Of a stretch of 38,174 nucleotides of DNA, positions 9,836 to 23,183 are shown one piece after another. The notes beneath the pieces are model-generated. The model did not search any database and had not been told where the DNA came from. It saw only the letters and a list, made by a program, of their open reading frames with translations. Source of the DNA: Parasitella parasitica NRRL 2501 (Eukaryota; Fungi; Mucoromycota); the NCBI GenBank assembly GCA_025201805.1, contig MU619340.1, positions 70,570 to 108,743 on the forward strand. Reading direction: 5' to 3'. Numbering within the stretch: position 1 is the first letter of the stretch; each line of letters begins with the position of its first letter. A program made the position numbers and the translations under genes.

Positions 9836-11431
9836 ATGGATATATTGCTAAGGAAACACAATCGAAAGAGTCTCTTTGTGCTCATTGTTTCATGCACTGG
9901 GTTGCTTTATCTAATAGCGCATTTGACACTGACAACAAAATCAGCAGTAGCCACGGCAGGCCCAACGCCCACCTCGGAAAGCCAACTAATTCGCAAGGTG
10001 AACAGACAGAAACAGCAGCTGGAACAGGAAATAAGCCCACTTGAGAAGAACATACTCAACAGGGAGATCCTGCCCGTTGAATACCCAGATGAATTCGAGT
10101 TTCACACGCCCCATGCCAATGAAAAGTTCATTACCTATTTGCCTCACTCTGGTTTCCACAATCAACGCATCGAATTAGAGAACGCCTTGCTGCTGGCCTC
10201 TTATTTGAACCGCACTTTGCTGCTGCCAAGCGTTTATCTCGGAAGTCCTGCTTTTCCATGGCTCAGATTCGACAAGATGTACGAAAGGTTATTGTTGCAA
10301 ACAAAGCAGGGCCTCGAGTATTGCAGTTTGATTCGCCACGATGAACCACTGCCGACAGAATGTCTGAACTATCCTCGCTGGACGACTGTGCCCTGGACAT
10401 TCTTTTACAATTTCGACAAGCTGAAGCAAAAGGTTAGAATTGTGTTTCGGGAGGATCTCAGTCTTGAGTGGATGATGGGCACTTTCAAGCTAGAAATGGA
10501 TGACATTTACTTGTTCAAGGACTATTCACCATTCGACTTCCGTGTGTTTGATTTGCCAGAATCGACTACACCGTTGTCGCGATTCCTGAATAGGCTTGAT
10601 CTTAGCACATTGGAGGCGATCGAAGAGAGAGTGATGCATTTTGGATCCGTGTTTGGCACGTACAGAGTACTAGCGCAAAGCCAAGAGCACAGGGAATTGC
10701 TTCTGTTTATAAGGGAGAATATGATATTTACAAACCCAACGCTGGTTGACATCACCAACAAGGTAGTGCAGCAACTAGGTGGGATTGGATCATTTGTGGG
10801 TGTTCATTTACGAGTTGGAGACGGGCTATTCAAAGTGAGGGCGTCTATCAATGTCGATGATATATTCCACACGTTAGTGAACGAGTATACAGATCTGACG
10901 CTAAAAGAGTTGCAGGATGTGTATGATGTAAACCATGATCAAGATAGGCAGGAGAATAATGGGTACGAAATCAGACAGCTCCGCGATCTTCAGCAACAGC
11001 AGATGGCTTTCGATAAGCCGATTGATGTACAGCATCCCCAGGATATTCAGTCAAAACTAGGTGTCTCTAAGCTGCCCATATGTCAAGACAGAAATAGCGA
11101 TCGATTCAGCAACACGACTATTTTCATCGCCACAGATTGTCCTGATCCTAGAAATCACCCGCTGTTACGCAAAATATTCATTGTGTTTCCTTGTGTCTTT
11201 GTGCTCTCTGATTTCAAAAGCGATTTAGCTGATCTTGGCAAGATCCAAGTGATTGAGGAGAGGGTCAAGCTGACTTCCTACCTGGTCCCTATGGTCGATG
11301 CCATGATTGCCTCTCAAGGCCACTCTTTTTACGGTACAAATGCAAGCACATTCTCCACCTACATCGAGCGTCAATTACACCCCATGTACACCCATCAAAC
11401 AATGGAACTGCAAGGTGCTCCGCAACCCTAG
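9836..11431 (+). CDS. CigA-family / GDP-fucose protein O-fucosyltransferase-like type II membrane protein
   Basis: 531-aa single-exon ORF with an N-terminal TM anchor, YLPHSGFHNQRIELENALLLA, FVGVHLRVGDG, IFIATD and GTNASTFSTYIER motifs typical of the O-FucT-like GT-B fold. Confidence 0.8.
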   Translation: MDILLRKHNRKSLFVLIVSCTGLLYLIAHLTLTTKSAVATAGPTPTSESQLIRKVNRQKQQLEQEISPLEKNILNREILPVEYPDEFEFHTPHANEKFITYLPHSGFHNQRIELENALLLASYLNRTLLLPSVYLGSPAFPWLRFDKMYERLLLQTKQGLEYCSLIRHDEPLPTECLNYPRWTTVPWTFFYNFDKLKQKVRIVFREDLSLEWMMGTFKLEMDDIYLFKDYSPFDFRVFDLPESTTPLSRFLNRLDLSTLEAIEERVMHFGSVFGTYRVLAQSQEHRELLLFIRENMIFTNPTLVDITNKVVQQLGGIGSFVGVHLRVGDGLFKVRASINVDDIFHTLVNEYTDLTLKELQDVYDVNHDQDRQENNGYEIRQLRDLQQQQMAFDKPIDVQHPQDIQSKLGVSKLPICQDRNSDRFSNTTIFIATDCPDPRNHPLLRKIFIVFPCVFVLSDFKSDLADLGKIQVIEERVKLTSYLVPMVDAMIASQGHSFYGTNASTFSTYIERQLHPMYTHQTMELQGAPQP

Positions 11432-11873
11432 AGGAGCCCTGAGAGAGCCACCGATCGATATATTTATTCGCCAAACATGGCAATTAGAATGTCTAATGAT
11501 TTTTACATTTTGATCGATCGAACCAACTTCAATTTCTATATATATAAAATAGAATTTGATAATGTCACAGCTTGTTTACTCTCTCTTTTTTTTTTTTTTT
11601 TTTTNNNNNNNNNNNNNNNNNNNNNNNNNNNNNNNNNNNNNNNNNNNNNNNNNNNNNNNNNNNNNNNNNNNNNNNNNNNNNNNNNNNNNNNNNNNNNNNN
11701 NNNNNNNNNNNNNNNNNNNNNNNNNNNNNNNNNNNNNNNNNNNNNNNNNNNNNNNNNNNNNNNNNNNNNNNNNNNNNNNNNNNNNNNNNNNNNNNNNNNN
11801 NNNNNNNNNNNNNNNNNNNNNNNNNNNNNNNNNNNNNNNNNCCTTTCTTTTTTGAAACAAGAAAGCCATAACA

Positions 11874-12917
11874 GTAAAACTGCAAAGCGTTCGATTAAAC
11901 AAGCGGTCCCGCGACCAGGTTGACTCAATACCTGCAGACCAACAACAACACAGCCACCACCTCATAAAGAAGCAAAAGCAGCAGAGCCATCATATTCTTG
12001 AGCCTTTCCAGGTCGTCGAGGCATTGACAAAATGTCCAAACTGTCATGGAAAGCTCAACAAGCCATCAACACTACCCTGCGGATATACAGTGTGTGTGGG
12101 CTGTATACCAGACGAATCTGTCTGTGTAGCGCCTCAATGCGATCGTATCCACTCTACCGCTACCCAGCCTAATGTCACTATTCAAGCAATGCAGGCTGTG
12201 GTCGTGTCGTTTGAGGCATCTCACTCTTTAGACGCTCTACGCAAAAGCTTAAATATACCAACAGAATGCCCGATTTGCTGCACCCGATTTACCAATGCAA
12301 CGACAACACCTTGTGGACATGTGTTTTGTCGAAACTGTCTTGTGCGTTCGCTGGATCACCAACGCTCATGTCCGTTTTGCAGAGACAATCTAGAATTCTG
12401 CCCGCCTCCGACTAAAATTCTCGTTGATATATTATCTCAACTATTTGCAGACGATGATGAAACAGATGATGCGTTGGGTCTTGATCCCAATTTTGAATCA
12501 GAACACAGAGTGCCGCTGTTGATCGGAAGCATGTCGTTTCCTCATATCAACTGCGCTATCCATGTCTTTGAACCAAGATACCGCCTCATGCTGCGCAGAA
12601 TCATGGCGTCCAGCAGAAGACGTTTTGCCATGTGTCTTGCTCGTAGAAAAAGAAGCGAAAATCAGCCTCCATTTTTTGAATATGGCACTATCCTGGAATT
12701 AATGCATGTACAAACACTGCCTGACGGAAGATCAATCGTCGAAGCTGTTGGATCTCATCGATTCAGAGTGACGAATTTCGAATTGACAGACGGCTATCAT
12801 ATGGCTGACATTGAGAGAATTGATGACATTGATCGAGAACAGGAGCATTTAATGGAACAACAACAAATTCTGAGAGCTAGTGCAATAAGAGTGCGTCAAT
12901 CACAACAACAACAACAA

Positions 12918-12953
<36 letters not shown>

Positions 12954-13727
12954 GCTCAGCAACAGCCTCGTCCTCCTGTAGCAGCAGCGGCCACTCAACC
13001 CATGTCCGCAAGGCCAAGATCTATGATGCCTGCTCGCCCAATGTCTGCAAGTGTAGCTCGCCCTATGATGGCTAGGCCGATGATGGCAAGGTCTTCTGTA
13101 AATGCATCAAGACCACAGCAGCAGCAGCAGCAACAACAACAGCCTCAGCAAATGATCGGTCAGCGTCGATCGTGGGCACAGCAAGCACATCCTCAAACAC
13201 AACCACAAGTTAGCAGAGCCCCTTGGCAACAGATGCACGTCCGAGGTTTATCTGCCGCTCGTCCTAAACCTCATATGGTTCCTCAGCAACCACAGCCTCA
13301 ACAACAGCAACACCAGCAACACCAGCAAGCATCAATTATACCAGAGAAGGTTGTCAAAAATCGTCAAGAGCAAGCGACGGATGAAATATTGGACGAATTG
13401 GCAACATTTATAGAAAAGTTAATGTATCATAAAACACAGAATCCTGGCGATGGCATGTCGAGTTGGTTAGGAGCCCTAGGAAACCCTCCTACTCTGCGCG
13501 GGCCTCAGCGGGATAAAGTCATCTTTACTTGGTGGATTGTTAATCTCATGCCTTTGGGAGAAGAAGAGAAGCTTCCTTTACTGGCCATGCGCTCTATTCG
13601 TGAAAGAGTCCTGACGATTGTTTCCTGGGTGGATCGATTTGAAGATCAATGGTCGCTATTCTTGAATAACACAGCAGCGTCTTCATCCACTCCTGCTCAG
13701 CCGCCTGTTTCCTGCTGCATTTCATAA
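11874..13727 (+). CDS. crgA: CrgA-like RING-finger / LON substrate-binding domain protein (carotenogenesis repressor family); start probably non-AUG
   Basis: Two RING-like motifs (CPNC..CGYTVCVGC..C and CPICC..TPCGHVFCRNC..CPFC), LON N-domain (HVFEPRYRLMLRR), poly-Gln tracts and a C-terminal CaaX (CCIS), matching the architecture of Mucor CrgA. The frame is open from 11856. The 5' coordinate is approximate. Confidence 0.85.
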
Positions 13728-14241
13728 TCACTGTTGTCATCTACTGGTTTCGTTCATTTTCCTTGTTAATATATACTATTGTTCTATTATGCTTGTACAT
13801 TATATTATTATTAATTCTCCCTTATACCACTATTATACTCCTATTGATCTCCCTATAACACTTTATCATGGCTCTTTTTCTTTTGTTCATACATGCACAT
13901 ATNNNNNNNNNNNNNNNNNNNNNNNNNNNNNNNNNNNNNNNNNNNNNNNNNNNNNNNGTGTTCTGTTATATATCCAACCTCAAACCTGACAGAATTTTAT
14001 GCTATTATGCATTCGCTCCTTTCAATTATCATCAAATAAAGAAATAGTTATATAAATCCATATTTATTTGAGCATACTTCATACTGATATAGTGGGAGAG
14101 GGTGGGGGGGATAGAAGAGGCATAAGGAAAGTGGGAAAAAAAAAATCATCGAGGAGTCGTTATAATATGCATAGTGTGGAGTCATAGAGAAAATAGGAGT
14201 CAGGCCATGTCCTTGGTTCTTGTCTGCGCCCTGTAAACGTA

Positions 14242-15246
14242 TCAAGGTGATCTCCTCCTTTTGACCATTAAAGAGGAATCGAGGGTATCATCTTGCTTAC
14301 AAAGAAGGGATCTCAGTACACGGTTCTAGAAGTTAATATTAATTGGAATATTCCATGAAATTTCCGTTTTTGTGCAGACTTCATCTTACTTCTATTTCCA
14401 AGTCATGAATCCGTTGCTTGAGCTTATCCATCTCAATGTCATCGATACTGCCAGAGGCATTATTGAAAGGCAATATGAATGGTAGCGGTGTAGTTGGTGA
14501 AGTCATGTTGTTGTTGTTTGAGGGACTGGCTGTGGTGGGCTTGGAAAGAAAGGGTGAAGGCAAAGTCTTGCTGTTGTTATTCAATTGCCACTGAGGTGTT
14601 GCCGAACAAGCGACCAGTGCAGGTGGTAGACGAGGCGATAATGTTGTTGCTTTGGTGGGGCTATAAGCGAGGTTGCTGCTATTGCTGCTTTTAAGACAGG
14701 CAGATCCTCCCTCGGTTTTACGATGTCGATTAAGGGCATCTAGCCGGCTGAATGATCTTTGACACACGGGGCATTGATACGGCCTTTCGCCTGTGTGTAG
14801 TTTTTGGTGTCTTTTCAGATCATGCAAACGTAGAAATTGCTTCTCGCAATCAGTGCACTTGAAGATGTCAGCCAGGATATAACATTGAATGGTTTCCGTT
14901 CCATTTACCTTACCTGATATGGTTTTGAGGCTGAATGTGTCGCTCTGTGCGACTTGAGGTTATGAGCCCGATTGAAATTCTGGCCGCACTCAATGCATGT
15001 ATGCAACTTGTCTGTTTCTTCGTTTGATGTTGACGGCTTTACAGAGAATTGGCTGACAAGCGATCCAAAATTGAGGGCTGTGGTAGTTGGACTGATAGGC
15101 GTTGGTAGCTTGTGCTGCAATTGAATGCTGTTCAGGTTGTGATCAATTATTTTGGTTTGGGCTTCTGCTGATGATGACGATGATGATATGGAAAGAGAAA
15201 GAGAGCGCTGTCGATGATCGGTTTTTTGATCGCTCATATCGTTCAT
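14242..15246 (-). CDS. C2H2 zinc-finger transcription factor (3 fingers, 3 exons)
   Basis: CIECGQNFNRAHNLKSHRATH, CTDCEKQFLRLHDLKRHQKLHTGERPY, CPVCQRSFSRLDALNRH; last exon 14325-14242 reads NRVLRSLL...RRSP*. Confidence 0.9.
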
Positions 15247-17246
15247 TGATGTCTCTATTTTTTTTTTCTTTTCTTTTTTTTTGCTTGAAAATGGTAGGAT
15301 AAATGAAGAGGACGAAAAAAAAAAAACAAAAAAAAAAAGAGAGAGAGAGTAAAAGAAGAAGAGAAATTAAATAACGAGAGACATGATATAATTTTGTCAA
15401 TCGCTTGGAAAAGTTACTTCATTTATACATATAACGATATGGCTGAATAAAATTATTGTAATACCTTTATCATTATATACACAACACAACTTCAGCCATG
15501 GCATGTTTCTGCTGATATATACTTGTTAAATCACTCAATCTCAACTCAATACACATATAAGCTATATTAAAGAGCAAATGGCTCATGTGTAAAAGCTCAT
15601 CTGGACGAAAAAAAAGTTGGCATTACTGTTTGCAATACATAGTTTTGATGCTTAGTTTTGATACTCTCGAAGCCAGTTCCCAAATGTAGTGTATGGCTGG
15701 TGCAGTTTTTTTCTACACTTTAAATTCAGACACAAAATCACTATTCTCCCTATTGATGTTGTAACATTTGTTCAACTCGAGTTGTTCAGAAGATGTAAGA
15801 TTTTAACAATTCTTGTGTATATTTGAAAATTGTCATTGATTACTCCTGCTATCACTCGAAAATTTTATAAATTGATTCATGGATACTATAAAGCTATCAC
15901 AAACATCTACATTTACCACAAGTACCTAGCAACCTTGTCAAAAATGCATAATACACTCTCGCCTTTGTGTGGCTAAAAAAATTGCCCTTCACAGTCAAAG
16001 AAAACCCCAAATTGTAAAACTCTTAGTTTAACTCGGATAAACAACACCATAAATATGCCGATCGACTTGATGCTGGATTTTGAATAATCAAGGAATCTCA
16101 GGTAATCAAAACAGAAGCTTCTTTGCTTGCGAAAAATTTAAAGCACGTTTTTTTTTTTTTTTTTAGTTGAAGAGCAATTTTTTTGAAAACAATATTGAAG
16201 AAAAATAACATGATATGGTATATTTCGTGTTTCTCTACGTTTTGAATGCACTATTTGACTTGTTACCGCCTATTCTTCATTAAGATGTAGCCTTTACCCC
16301 TTGGCTCAAAAAATAGGATCAGAACTGGGTCAGAATTTGTAGCAATAATATGAAAATTCAGAGTTTTTGGACATCAATGTTGATGGCTTTTTGCATTATA
16401 GTATATCAGAACAATAATAAAAGTATATACAGAAAGTTGCGGTTTGAAGCTACAATCACTGAGGCAGAACTTTTGTTATTCTGAAAAGCTTCACTTGCCA
16501 CGTTTATTAACCTTGACTTCTCAAATAGAGAAGCTTTGACTAAAAGTATTTTTAGTGCTTTCTACCGATCTTATTTCAACTCTCCATTTCTTTACGCAAA
16601 ATAAACTAAATAACAAGTTGATGTAAAATGTTCCTCAGCATCATTCATGAGCTGGTATAAGACCAACGGTATTAAAGTTCAATTACTGAGAGCAGACTAA
16701 CCTAGAGTAAACAGTTCACAGGATACTGACAACTATAACGTGGAAGGCATGAGCACTTCAAATTCAACGTATTTTCAAGAAAGTGCGTTGATTACCATGG
16801 AGATATACTTGTCTCAAAATTAGAGATTCAATGTATGGTTTCTGTTATATGTACAATGTTAGCCGCTTGGTTCCGCTCACAATCCTCTCTCTTCAAACAG
16901 GCTGGTATACAGATCAACATCTAGTGCATACTATTATGTCTGCGACTAGTACGGCACAAAAGGGCTGTCTAGCAAGTGCTATTACATTCAAATCATATGC
17001 GAGAATATGCTAATATGTGGATTTATTCTGTGCAATCCATGTATCTCTGCGGATCAATCAAAAAACAGGAACCAAATGTTTGAAACGTGTTTGTGTAGCA
17101 AACAGATGATTAACACTGTTATTCACGTCACCCTGTAATTGTAATACACATAAAAACAACCCTTTCTTATAAAGACTGTTTCCTCACTCACTTTTTGCAC
17201 TTTTTTCTTTTATTTTTCTTATTTTTCATTTTTGCAACATATCACA

Positions 17247-19711
17247 ATGTCTGAGGATATTGCTGGGTCTTCGTTTCTTGGAGAAAACAACTATTTTTTA
17301 CCCGAATCCAGGACAATGTCTTTTGCAGTAGAAGAGGACCCGTGGAGCGCTGCAGAATTTGATCCCGTAGATGATATAAGGCAGCCTTTAACACAAAGCG
17401 AAACAATGGATGACGAGCTGGTTACCGAAGGCATCACTCCTGCTAATGTTTTAGGTAATCATGTTCTTGTGTGTCCTGTTCTTTTTTTTTTTTTTGTTAA
17501 TAAACGATTTTATTTAGTCGGAGTCGATCTGCCTGAAGTGTTTGATACAGCTTATATTCGTGCTGGACCTGTTGGAGATCGAGTCAGTGTGGAAGCTTTG
17601 GAAGTGATCATCGGTCTAGGAGGACTTGGACCGCGTTTATTTGAACAAGTAGGTAATGGCTGCGAGAAGACATTTCGTATCAGTAAGTTGATCATAATGT
17701 AGATTGCCCTCATAACTGTGCCTTCAAATGCAATGTACGTTACAAGAAATGAGTTCAATACAGCATTGGCTTTGCTTGGGTTTGCCCAAAAAAATATGGG
17801 TAGCGTATATGCCATCTTGGAAAAAAAAAAAAAAATAAGTCTGAAATATTAACACTTTTTACATGTTAGAATTATCCTTATTAAAAGTATATCAATATCG
17901 CAACGGTATAGAGAAAGACGGCCCTGTGATGATTGTATAGCGCTTCTAACTGTCTAATTGACATAGATCTACCAGTACCATCACTATCAAACCTAAATAA
18001 TGTTTCGGTAAAGCGGTCGAATCCAATAATGGCTTCAAACACAAAGCCCAAGCGTCGCCAAAGCTTCGACGATGATCCTTGGAGAGTTGGAATATCTCCG
18101 CCTACTGCTAGTAATGGATTTCCCTATCAAGCGAATGATAGTATCGACGCTGCTATAGCAGGGAGAAATACAAATGATGCCGCCGTTGTCAACTCTACTG
18201 GACTTGGCAATGAAAACCAAACATCAGATAACGATACCTCAACAGCGGCAACAACTAAGACAACAATGCCAAAACGATTTGTGCCTGTAGATGTAATCAC
18301 CGACAAGGCCTCAACTCAAGCCTTGGTAAAAGCTTCTACTGAAAGTTATCAGTGGTTTCTGGACCTGGATCAGATCGCGGTTACTGTGGCCGAAAAGGAA
18401 GGATTCCTATTTACTCACATTAACTACTGGGTACACAGCACACAACGTCAGACTTCTGTGAGACGTCGATACAGTGATTTCTACTGGTTTTGGGAGACCT
18501 TATTAAAGCGCTACCCCTTCAGAGTGATTCCAAATCTACCACCCAAGAAAATTTCAGGAAGTAAGTCAAGTTACGAATCCACTGAGGCGTCTATGATATT
18601 TAATTTTGACTATTGTTCTGTAGAAGATAAAGTTTTTCTTGAAAAACGATGTCAAGGACTATCGCGCTTCATTAATTGCATTGTGCGACATCCTGTATTA
18701 AAAAATGACAAAGAAGTAATTACGTTTTTGACAGAACAAACGGTAATGTAGCACACGTCTTGGATGCAGTATTGGTGTTAATTTATCTCGTGTCGATAGG
18801 AGTTTCTAGCTTGGAGAAGAGCTAAATCACCAAATACATACGAAGAATTTGAGCGGGCCAACCCTCAGACTGAAGAATTAGAAGCATTTATACCAAAAGA
18901 TTTGGATTCCCGCATTGAGCTGATCAAGAACAGGCTGCCAAGCGCAATTGAAAAGTACGATGCTTTATGTTCCGTCATGGAAAAAACAATTCGATTAAAA
19001 GAAGCCCAGGCAATAGAAATGAAACTTTACAACGATACTTTAAAGTAAGTGAGAGTATATAGCCAATGCAACTCAAATATTCAAGTTTGAACCAGGGAAT
19101 TGAGAGAGGTAGAGCACCATTGCTTTGTTTCCAACTGTGAAGCCTGTGGCCAAGTTGTTCGTGGTTACGAGAATGTTGGCAACTACTTGACTAAAGGAAG
19201 CACGATCATTGAAGCGGAAACTGCCTCAGCTGTCGCTGGTGTGCTTGAAAATTTAAAGAGGCATCGAGATATATCTAGCTCCTTTTTAGAAATGTTGGAT
19301 AGGAGATCTAGATTAGACGCAAATCAGATCAATGCCCTCCACAAAAAGATATCCGCAAACACAGCCAAAGTCAATCAAAACAGAGGAGTCCCTGGATTAG
19401 AATCTGAAGTAGAGAGATTAGATACCATTATCAAAGCAGTAAGTGCTTGACCAGTGCTGCATTGATTCGCATGATCTAAGGCATCTCTTTAGGATACCGA
19501 AAAAATGATTTACCAACAGAGACGAGATACCTATATCCGATACTGTTTAGCAAGCGAACTATCGTATCTGCATAAGCAACAAGCATTTGTTTCGTTGCTC
19601 TATCAAAGTTATGTTCACGAGCAACTGCAATATGCTAGAAGAACCGTCGATAATTGGAAAGCTTTAGAGGCGCTTTTATGCGAAATGCCAAAACCAGAAG
19701 ACTTTTCTTGA
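17247..19711 (+). CDS. MVP1: Sorting nexin MVP1/SNX8 (PX-BAR)
   Basis: PX motif EKEGFLFTHINY...VRRRYSDFYWFWETLLKRYPFRVIPNLPPK, RFINCIVRHPVL and a BAR-like helical C-terminus; multiple GT-AG introns. Confidence 0.85.
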
Positions 19712-20439
19712 TCGTCGTCGTATCAACATTAACTATTGATCTCACGCAACAACACACACATATCATTGATCACAACAATGCAAGATATACCCGCTTTCAC
19801 AAAAAGTCATATCATAAATAAAAAAATCAATCGTCTTTTAACAAACCATATTACCGTATATGCTACAAAAAGCTGCACGTTCGGACGCCAAGTTTCAGGG
19901 TACATGTGTTTTTTCATTCATTTTTCCTTGTAGTGACCCTTCATTTGGTAACTGTCGGCTATTCTCTCCTGTCTACATCAGTTAAAAATACCACATTGCT
20001 CTTACGAAAAATGTCGGCCAATCTAACCAGCACTCAAGTAGCATCTGAGCAGATATCCTGCGCTCAATGCAGACATGTAAGACTGTGAGCTTGCTACATA
20101 AATTTTGCGTAACCCGGTAATCCAACTTTTATCAACAATACCAACATCAGGAATGTAGGAATAGTTAGTGATCATAGCAATGACAACCAATACTTGAATA
20201 TATATTACATTTAATAGAAGAAATAAAATAAAAAATCTAGAAAACACTGCAAGAAAAAAAAAAAAAAGATTAATTATAGGATTGTTGTATAGAGCAACCC
20301 TTGGGCACATGCTTCATTAATATAAATTCAAATCGTGGCACTAAAGAACAATAGATAAAGAATCTGTTCTAAATAATATCTTCATTATGCTCTTTTTTTT
20401 TTTGTACATTTTCTCTATTTCCATTTAATATTATATAAC

Positions 20440-22163
20440 TTAATAGAAACCCTTGGCATGGTTATCACAGACATCACGGAGTTTGGTCTCAAGTTCCTTG
20501 GAGATGACACCCTTGGTACGGATCTCTTCCAGGACATCGCTGTGTTGAGTAGCAACATGGCTAATAAAGTCCTTTTCCCAGTCAACAACCTTGTTGACGG
20601 GGATCTTATCAAGGAAACCGTTGACACCAGCAAAGATGATGGGAACTTGAGCTTGAATAGACAAAGGAGAATATTGAGGCTGCTTCAACAATTCAGTGAG
20701 ACGGGCACCACGGTTCAACAAGAATTGAGTGGAAGCATCCAAATCAGAACCGAATTGAGCGAAAGCGGCAACTTCACGATATTGGGCCAAGAAAAGCTTC
20801 ATGGAACCAGCAACTTGCTTCATAGCCTTAGTTTGAGCAGCAGAACCGACACGAGAGACGGAAAGACCAACGTTAATGGCAGGACGGATACCCTTGAAGA
20901 AAAGTTCGGCTTCCAAGAAGATCTGGCCATCAGTAATGGAAATAACGTTGGTAGGAATATAGGCAGATACATCACCACCTTGGGTTTCGATGATAGGAAG
21001 TGCGGTCATAGAACCGTAACCAAAGTTCTTGTTCATCTTGGCTGCACGTTCTAAAAGACGAGAGTGAAGATAGAAGACATCACCAGGATAGGCTTCACGA
21101 CCAGGAGGACGACGAAGCAAAAGGGACATTTGACGGTAGGCAACAGCTTGCTTGGACAAATCGTCATAGATAATCAAGGAGTGGCGACCGTTATCACGGA
21201 ACCATTCACCAAAAGCAGCACCTGAGAAAGGAGCAAGGTATTGAAGAGGAGCAGCCTCAGAGGCAGTAGCAGCAACAACAATGGTATACTTCATGGCATC
21301 TGGTTTGAAAAATCACTGTTAAACTCGGCCCATCCATCACAAGTGAAATGATAACTTACCATTCTCTTCGAGAGTTCTAACAAGTTGAGCAACAGTAGAA
21401 CGCTTTTGACCAACGGCAACGTAAATACAGTACAACTTCTTGGCTTCATCAGAACCGTTGTTCCAGTTCTTTTGGTTCAAGATGGTATCGAGAGCGACAG
21501 CGGTTTTACCAGTTTGACGATCACCAATAATCAACTCACGTTGGCCACGACCGATAGGAACCATAGAGTCAACAGACTTGATACCAGTTTGCATAGGCTC
21601 GTTGACAGAGTGGCGAGGCAAAATACCAGGAGCCTTAACCTGAACACGAGAGCGACCAACAGTGTCAAGAGGGCCCTTACCATCAATAGGATTACCAAGG
21701 GCATCAACGACACGGCCGAGAATACCAGGACCAATTGGCACATCAACAATGGCACCAGTACGCTTGACGGTATCTCCTTCCTTGATCAAACGATCGTTAC
21801 CGAAAACGACAATACCAACGTTATCAGCTTCCAAGTTAAGGGCCATACCCTGCCATACAATTTAATACATAAAAAAAAAAGAACTAGCCGATGCTTTTCA
21901 GCAATTACTCACCTTGAGACCACTGGAGAATTCAACCATTTCTTCTGCTTGACAGTTCTTGAGACCGTAGACACGGGCAATACCATCACCAATGGACAAG
22001 ACACGACCGGTTTCTTGGAGGTCAACTTCAGAGTTAGCACCCAAGATACGTTGTTCCAGAATGGAAGAGACTTCCGAAGTGGAGGGCTTGGCAGAAGCAT
22101 AGGTGCGAGCAATGGTAGCAACAGCACCAAGGTTGAGACGGGCCTAAATGGTTGAATATCATT

Positions 22164-22201
<38 letters not shown>

Positions 22202-22304
22202 CTCTCTAAATATTTTGGATATTTCTAGCCAAGTTTATATTTACAGCAGGTAAAACACCACGGGCGAGTGCAGGACGAGCAACACGAGCAACGTTTCTAA
22301 GCAT
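20440..22304 (-). CDS. ATP1: Mitochondrial F1-ATP synthase subunit alpha
   Basis: Presequence [16 protein letters not shown]; [18 protein letters not shown]-loop; [24 protein letters not shown]; three introns. Confidence 0.98.
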
Positions 22305-23183
22305 ATTGAGAAAGGTAGTTTATTAAAGAATAAAAAAAAAAAAAAAGGAAAATAAACCTACACCTATGACCTTATTTTAGAAATATAATGCCAGGATGGA
22401 CTTCTTTTTAGTGTTTTTGTAGCTGTTTACTCAGGCACACAGATTTTCTACCTCCATTCCAGGGCATGTATGCTTGGTTTTTTCTTACGTCACTCAATCA
22501 TTGAACTAAGAGCACTTCAGACCTTTGATTATTACATCTATCCGTTTACAAAGTTCATTCATGCTTTTATAACAATTGTAGAAGAGTAAGGATGTGATGA
22601 CAATCCAATGGTATAGTTAGATATCTTGGAACTAATTTGTTGCTATGGATACTGTTGCCATGACAGCTAGCAATAGTCTGATTGATATCAAATGTAAAAG
22701 GATGACTTCTTGGCATCATCGAGAAAATACTCTTCATTCACTAATGAAAATATCGTGGGCACTGAAATAATTGTCTATATATGCCTCTGTAGCCTAACAG
22801 TATCTATTGGAATAGCTTCTCATGTTGCGTAATTAAATCAAAACTCATTCAATTCGTACATGTATCAAAACACGCTTAAATTTAAAATCGTCGAGTAAAA
22901 ACCAAATATACAACCGTTTCGCTTATAGACGGTAGGTGCTGTATATTCATTTTGTCACAAATTGTATTTTACAACTTTGAAAGATGGTACAAATAAAAAT
23001 ATTGAATGTAAATATCCATCATGCTTTCGCATTTGTGTTCAATATACTTGCCTTGATTGGTTATTGCATCAACAACACAATCATATCCATTACTGAGATT
23101 TAAAGCCATTTGAGCTTTTTTCTATTTTCTTTCCATTTCGTGTGCTTACATTTTTGCAAACTTGTATAGACAGTTCTCGCATT

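Noticed and set aside
11477-11965. X-rich ORFs here and at 31422-32376
   Set aside because: Artefacts of N tracts (gaps or masked low-complexity sequence).
12900-13330. CAG/CAA tracts and PMxAR repeats
   Set aside because: Coding low-complexity regions within CrgA; Gln-rich tracts are already known for this family.
20030-20110. Possible folded RNA (gtagca/tgctac and tgagc/gctca pairings) and a 95-aa minus-strand ORF between MVP1 and ATP1
   Set aside because: Short stems expected by chance; no snoRNA or tRNA motifs and no recognisable protein domain.
20458-22155. Long plus-strand ORFs antisense to ATP1
   Set aside because: Typical antisense shadows of a highly codon-biased gene.
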